Shown piece after piece: positions 23,371-27,020 of a stretch of DNA of 27,020 bases (position 1 is the stretch's first letter; the number at the start of each line of letters is the position of its first letter). A program made the translations under genes and the position numbers. The notes beneath the pieces were generated by a model, which had not been told where the DNA came from, searched no databases, and saw only the letters and a program-made list of their open reading frames with translations. The DNA comes from Acutalibacteraceae bacterium (GTDB lineage: Bacteria > Bacillota > Clostridia > Oscillospirales > Acutalibacteraceae), in the NCBI GenBank assembly GCA_045133435.1, contig JBGUUF010000175.1, forward strand, positions 1-27,020, in the 5' to 3' direction.

Positions 23371-25560
23371 GTGGCGAGGATAGTGACGAAGTTCAAATAT
23401 CTCAAGCCTGACAGGAAACAAAGCGCCGGAGGATATGCGAAGTATATTGCTACGCGCGAGGGTGTAGAGAAGATAGATGACTCCAAAAGGTTTGCTCCGG
23501 TTACCGTGAAACAACTGAAGTTGATAAATAAACTATTGAAAGACTTCCCGGATTCTGCTGACAGCTTGGAGTATCATGATTATCTTGCACAGCATAATGT
23601 AGCGACTGCTTCTGAGTTTATCACTCGCACGGTTGAGGATAATAGCTATGAGATAGCCGGAAGAGAGAGCTACGCAAAATATATTGCTACCCGTCCACGC
23701 GCTAAAAGATTTGGTCGGCATGGGTTGTTTACCGATAAGGGTGTCCCTGTTCACTTGACAAAAGTGCAGGAAGAACTCAATAAGCATGAGGGTAATATCT
23801 GGACTGCGATTATTTCTTTGAGAAGAGAAGACGCTGAACGGTTGGATTATAACAACGGTGCAAGATGGAGAGATATGCTTCGGAGTCAGGCGTTTGCTAT
23901 GGCGAAGAATATGAGGATTAGTATAAAAAATCTTCGTTGGTATGCCGCGTTTCATAATGAAGCCCATCATCCTCACGTTCATCTTATCTTGTATTCAACC
24001 GATCCTGACGAGGGATATTTGACGGAGAGAGGAATAGAAAACCTCCGCTCCTCATTCGCAAGGGAAATATTCGCTCAAGACTTGGTATCTATTTACGCCA
24101 AGCAAACCGAGAGCAGAGATAAGTTGAGAGCCGACAGCAAATCTATAGTAGGGGAGATCGTTGGTCAGATCAACAGCGGAGAATATGATAATCCGACGGT
24201 TGAAAAACTGCTCCGTCAGCTATCTGATAAACTCTCGCGTGTCAGCGGTAAGAAGCAGTACGGTTACTTGAAAGCAGAGGTCAAAGATATCGTAGACAAC
24301 ATCATCATTGAACTATCCAAAGACGAGAGAATATCAAAGCTCTATGATATCTGGTATGAGCAGAGAGAAAAGGTGTTGCGAACCTACACGGATACGCTCC
24401 CGAAACGAATTCCATTGGTAGACAACGACACGTTCAAACCGATCAAGAATCATGTTATAGCGGAAGCGTTAAGGATAGAGTCAGAAAGCTTATTCGATGA
24501 GGAATTTGACTCAGCGGCGGATTCAGCTGTTTCTTTTTTGGAAGTAGTTCCTGAAGAGCTTGGTGCGGATATGGAGGCTGCAGACTCCGTAGAAGCAGAT
24601 GAACTTATGAACACGAACACCGCATTAAAGCTCGGCAAGCTGTATCTGAGAGAGGACTACAGCGGATATGATCCTCTCAAAGCGGTTGATTATCTTGAAA
24701 TAGCAGCAAGTTCAGGCAACAGCTACGCTCAATTTCTGTTGGGTAAGTTATATCTGCAAGGAGATGTCATTGGCAATGACAGCGAATTGGCTTTGAGATA
24801 TTTGACAGAAGCGGCTGAGAACGGGAACGATATAGCGATGTACATTCTCGGAAAAGAACTGCTCCTCGGTGAAAATCTCCCGAAAGATGTCTCACAAGGC
24901 TTTGATTGGCTGGTGAAAGCAATGGACAGCGGCAATCAATTTGCCAAGTTCTTATTGGCTAAGGAATATCTATCGGGAGAAAACATTCCCCGGTATCCGG
25001 ATATCGCTGTGCAGTTGCTTGAAGAACTCTCAGCGGATAATTTCGAGTATGCTGAATACCGTCTTGGCAAGCTGTACTATCAAGGGGTAAATATGCCTCA
25101 AGACATCGGCAGAGCCGTGTATCATTTTGAGAAAGCCTTCGATGCAGGCAATCAGTACGCCGCTTATCAGCTTGGGAAAATCTATCTGAACGAACTTCAT
25201 GATACTGACAAGGCGGTGTTCTATCTTAAAGCGGCAGCGGAAGAAGGTAATCCCTATGCACAATATCAACTCGGAAAGCTGTATCTGTACGGCAACGGCG
25301 TAGTGAAGAATGTCGAACTCGCCTATGAGTATCTGATTGAATCAGCGAAGAACGGCAATCCTTACGCTTTGCAGCTATTGAACAGTCACAGCAAGGGGAG
25401 AGGCGCGTCCGTTGCGATGTGTTCAATGTCTCTGCTTCATCATCTGAGTCGAATCATCCAGAATCAGATAGAGCAAAACAGACGTCGCAGAAAAGTAAAA
25501 ACAGACCGAAAAACCCGTCAGAAAATTGACGACAAGAAATTCGGTCTCGGACTTCATTAA
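23371..25560 (+). CDS. MobP3-family relaxase with seven C-terminal Sel1-like repeats
   Basis: YIATREG and YIATRP motifs, WTAIISLRREDA, HUH motif WYAAFHNEAHHPHVHL. LGKxYxxG...AxxxGN repeats at 24622-25365. Confidence 0.9.
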   Translation: MARIVTKFKYLKPDRKQSAGGYAKYIATREGVEKIDDSKRFAPVTVKQLKLINKLLKDFPDSADSLEYHDYLAQHNVATASEFITRTVEDNSYEIAGRESYAKYIATRPRAKRFGRHGLFTDKGVPVHLTKVQEELNKHEGNIWTAIISLRREDAERLDYNNGARWRDMLRSQAFAMAKNMRISIKNLRWYAAFHNEAHHPHVHLILYSTDPDEGYLTERGIENLRSSFAREIFAQDLVSIYAKQTESRDKLRADSKSIVGEIVGQINSGEYDNPTVEKLLRQLSDKLSRVSGKKQYGYLKAEVKDIVDNIIIELSKDERISKLYDIWYEQREKVLRTYTDTLPKRIPLVDNDTFKPIKNHVIAEALRIESESLFDEEFDSAADSAVSFLEVVPEELGADMEAADSVEADELMNTNTALKLGKLYLREDYSGYDPLKAVDYLEIAASSGNSYAQFLLGKLYLQGDVIGNDSELALRYLTEAAENGNDIAMYILGKELLLGENLPKDVSQGFDWLVKAMDSGNQFAKFLLAKEYLSGENIPRYPDIAVQLLEELSADNFEYAEYRLGKLYYQGVNMPQDIGRAVYHFEKAFDAGNQYAAYQLGKIYLNELHDTDKAVFYLKAAAEEGNPYAQYQLGKLYLYGNGVVKNVELAYEYLIESAKNGNPYALQLLNSHSKGRGASVAMCSMSLLHHLSRIIQNQIEQNRRRRKVKTDRKTRQKIDDKKFGLGLH

Positions 25561-25580
25561 AAATATATTTTACTAACAAG

Positions 25581-25645
25581 GGGCTTTTATACCCATAAAG
25601 TGACAGGACCGTCCTGTCACTGTGATAGGAGTGGTATAACAGCCC
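25581..25645. repeat. Nested inverted repeat with a near-perfect 23-bp palindrome
   Basis: AGTGACAGGAC-C-GTCCTGTCACT (25599-25621) inside outer arms GGGCTTTTATACC (25581-25593) / GGTATAACAGCCC (25633-25645; one mismatch). Confidence 0.8.
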
Positions 25646-25717
25646 AAAGTAAGATAACTACAACAGAAAGATAGACAGACAAACTCTTGAATAAAAGTCA
25701 GATGTATAGGAGAAGTA

Positions 25718-26629
25718 ATGTCAGTATTTAATTATTTTACAAAAGAGCAAAGAGAACGTGCGAGGAACACTGATCTTGTGCAGCTTCTTAGAAGCCAGGG
25801 TGAAAAACTTAAGCGGTCGGGTTCGGAATTTGAATGGCGGGACGGGTCTGAAAAAGTGACCGTGAGAGGAAATCTCTGGTTCAATCAGTATGATCAGAAA
25901 GGCGGCGACGCGATAGATTTTGTCCGCAGATATTACAACAAAGATTATCCCGAAGCGGTTGCTTTCCTGCTCAATCAGGGCTGCGGACAAATCATTCATT
26001 CTTTTTCTGCCGAGGAAAACCCGAAGGTGTTGGAACCTCCCAAGCCAAACTCGGATATGAGAAGAGCCTACGCTTACTTGCTTTTGAGTCGCTGTATCGA
26101 CCGAGATATCCTCAATACCTTTATCCACAACAAGATGATTTTCGAGGATGAAGAATATCACAATGCTGTGTTTGTCGGTTACGATCCGCAAGGGAAGCCC
26201 CGGCACTACCACAAGCGGGGAACGCTATCAGCCAGTTCTTTCAAGGGGAACGTGTCGGGCAGCATACCCGAATACAGCTTTCATTGGCACGGCAGATCAG
26301 ACAAGATATTCTTATTCGAGGCACCCATTGATATGCTCTCGTATATCTCCATGCACAAAGAAAATTGGTATGACCACAGTTATGCGGCATCCTGCTCCGT
26401 TTCGGACAGGGTGCTTTTTCAATGCCTCAAGGATAATCCGAACATCAAAAAGGTTTATTTGTGCTTTGACAACGATTGTTGGGGGCAGCAGGCTAATCAT
26501 CGGATAACAGAGAAGCTCAATCAAATGGGTATCGAAAACCATATCTTGAAACCGCAACACAAGGATTGGAATCAGGATTGGCTGAATCAAGACGGAAGGA
26601 GCGAACAGCTATGTTACCGCAGGGCGTAG
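25718..26629 (+). CDS. DUF3991/Toprim primase-like protein
   Basis: Toprim motifs LFEAPIDMLSY and LCFDND, GGDAIDFV N-terminal primase-like motif, KDWNQD end. AGGAG SD. Confidence 0.8.
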   Translation: MSVFNYFTKEQRERARNTDLVQLLRSQGEKLKRSGSEFEWRDGSEKVTVRGNLWFNQYDQKGGDAIDFVRRYYNKDYPEAVAFLLNQGCGQIIHSFSAEENPKVLEPPKPNSDMRRAYAYLLLSRCIDRDILNTFIHNKMIFEDEEYHNAVFVGYDPQGKPRHYHKRGTLSASSFKGNVSGSIPEYSFHWHGRSDKIFLFEAPIDMLSYISMHKENWYDHSYAASCSVSDRVLFQCLKDNPNIKKVYLCFDNDCWGQQANHRITEKLNQMGIENHILKPQHKDWNQDWLNQDGRSEQLCYRRA

Positions 26630-27020
26630 GAATTATGATAGCGGCCGTTGGAGGCTTGCTGTTATTCTTTTTTCTGGTGTTGTCACTCTCCAACCGATAC
26701 AATCTCAATAACATCAAGGACAAGACAGTAGGACACGGTCAGCATGGTACGGCTCGCTGGGCAACAAAGAAAGAAATCAAGAAAATCTACAAGCATATCA
26801 ATTTTGATCCGGATAAGTGGCGTGAGGATCCCAAGATCAGACCAAAGGAGCAAGGGATAGTGGTTGGCTGTAAAAACCGCAAGCTGACTATTTTCACAAA
26901 CTTTATGCGGAGAGCATGGTACAGACTCAGGAAGCTGAGAAATAAGTTTCGTTGTAGGAAGAACAAAAAATATATCCCAGAACCAATTCAAAAAGGTACA
27001 ACTACAGCGATGGTAGACAC
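26611..27020 (+). CDS. virD4: VirD4-like type IV coupling protein, 3'-truncated (not in the supplied ORF track)
   Basis: ATG 26611 after AGGAG, frame open to the window end. N-terminal TM then YNLNNIKDKTVGHGQHGTARWATKKEI, the typical start of Gram-positive VirD4/TraG proteins. The Walker motifs lie outside the window. Confidence 0.75.
   Translation, partial: MLPQGVGIMIAAVGGLLLFFFLVLSLSNRYNLNNIKDKTVGHGQHGTARWATKKEIKKIYKHINFDPDKWREDPKIRPKEQGIVVGCKNRKLTIFTNFMRRAWYRLRKLRNKFRCRKNKKYIPEPIQKGTTTAMVD

Larger units (their letters stand above)
1..27020 (+). mobile_element. Internal part of a Firmicutes-type conjugative element (ICE or conjugative plasmid) with MobP3 relaxase, VirB4 and VirD4
   Basis: Co-oriented VirB4 ATPase, VirB2/B3/B6-like membrane proteins, peptidoglycan hydrolase, sortase plus adhesin, relaxase, coupling protein and ArdA-like genes. 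No integrase, rep gene or element end in the window. Confidence 0.93.

Noticed and set aside
25573-25650. Third copy of the TAACAG...CTGTTA cassette-like border
   Set aside because: It starts CTAACAAG but has no matching GTTA arm at the expected distance.
1162-26991. All minus-strand ORFs in the track (e.g. 3921-4571, 5938-6504, 8081-8746, 12315-12797, 17951-18298, 25721-26212)
   Set aside because: Each is an antisense shadow of a well-supported + strand gene or site, with no recognisable motif or convincing SD.
1-27020. tRNA, rRNA, CRISPR array, IS transposase or integrase
   Set aside because: None recognisable. Intergenic gaps are short and explained by terminators, promoters or the oriT-like region.

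Overview
The whole window is an internal segment of a conjugative element (ICE or conjugative plasmid; no integrase or rep gene is visible) of Firmicutes/Clostridia type. The host is inferred to be Oscillospiraceae/Ruminococcus-like. All credible genes are on the + strand. Order: (1) end of a P/K/E-rich protein; (2) a translationally coupled cluster of very acidic proteins (632-6827) including two ArdA-like antirestriction proteins; (3) a mating-pair module with a thioester/isopeptide sortase-anchored adhesin, an NDT-like protein, VirB2/B6/B3-like membrane proteins, class B sortase and VirB4; (4) a 2-kb block of small cargo genes plus an XRE regulator inserted between virB4 and the CHAP/lysozyme cell-wall hydrolase; (5) two 349-aa pentapeptide-repeat paralogues and a DUF6103-like pair next to a candidate oriT; (6) RHH relaxosome protein, MobP3 relaxase with seven Sel1-like repeats, Toprim primase-like protein and the start of VirD4. 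The most striking unexplained pattern is that up to eleven otherwise mostly unrelated ORFs, nearly all acidic, end in a shared tail (typically acidic or polar linker + optional GG + M-[KRH]-[LMI]-stop) that is absent from the transfer-machinery proteins. This suggests a C-terminal T4SS export (or degradation) tag on a set of anti-defence cargo proteins, possibly read by the relaxase Sel1 array. Family names come from motif recognition and recall, not from database searches.
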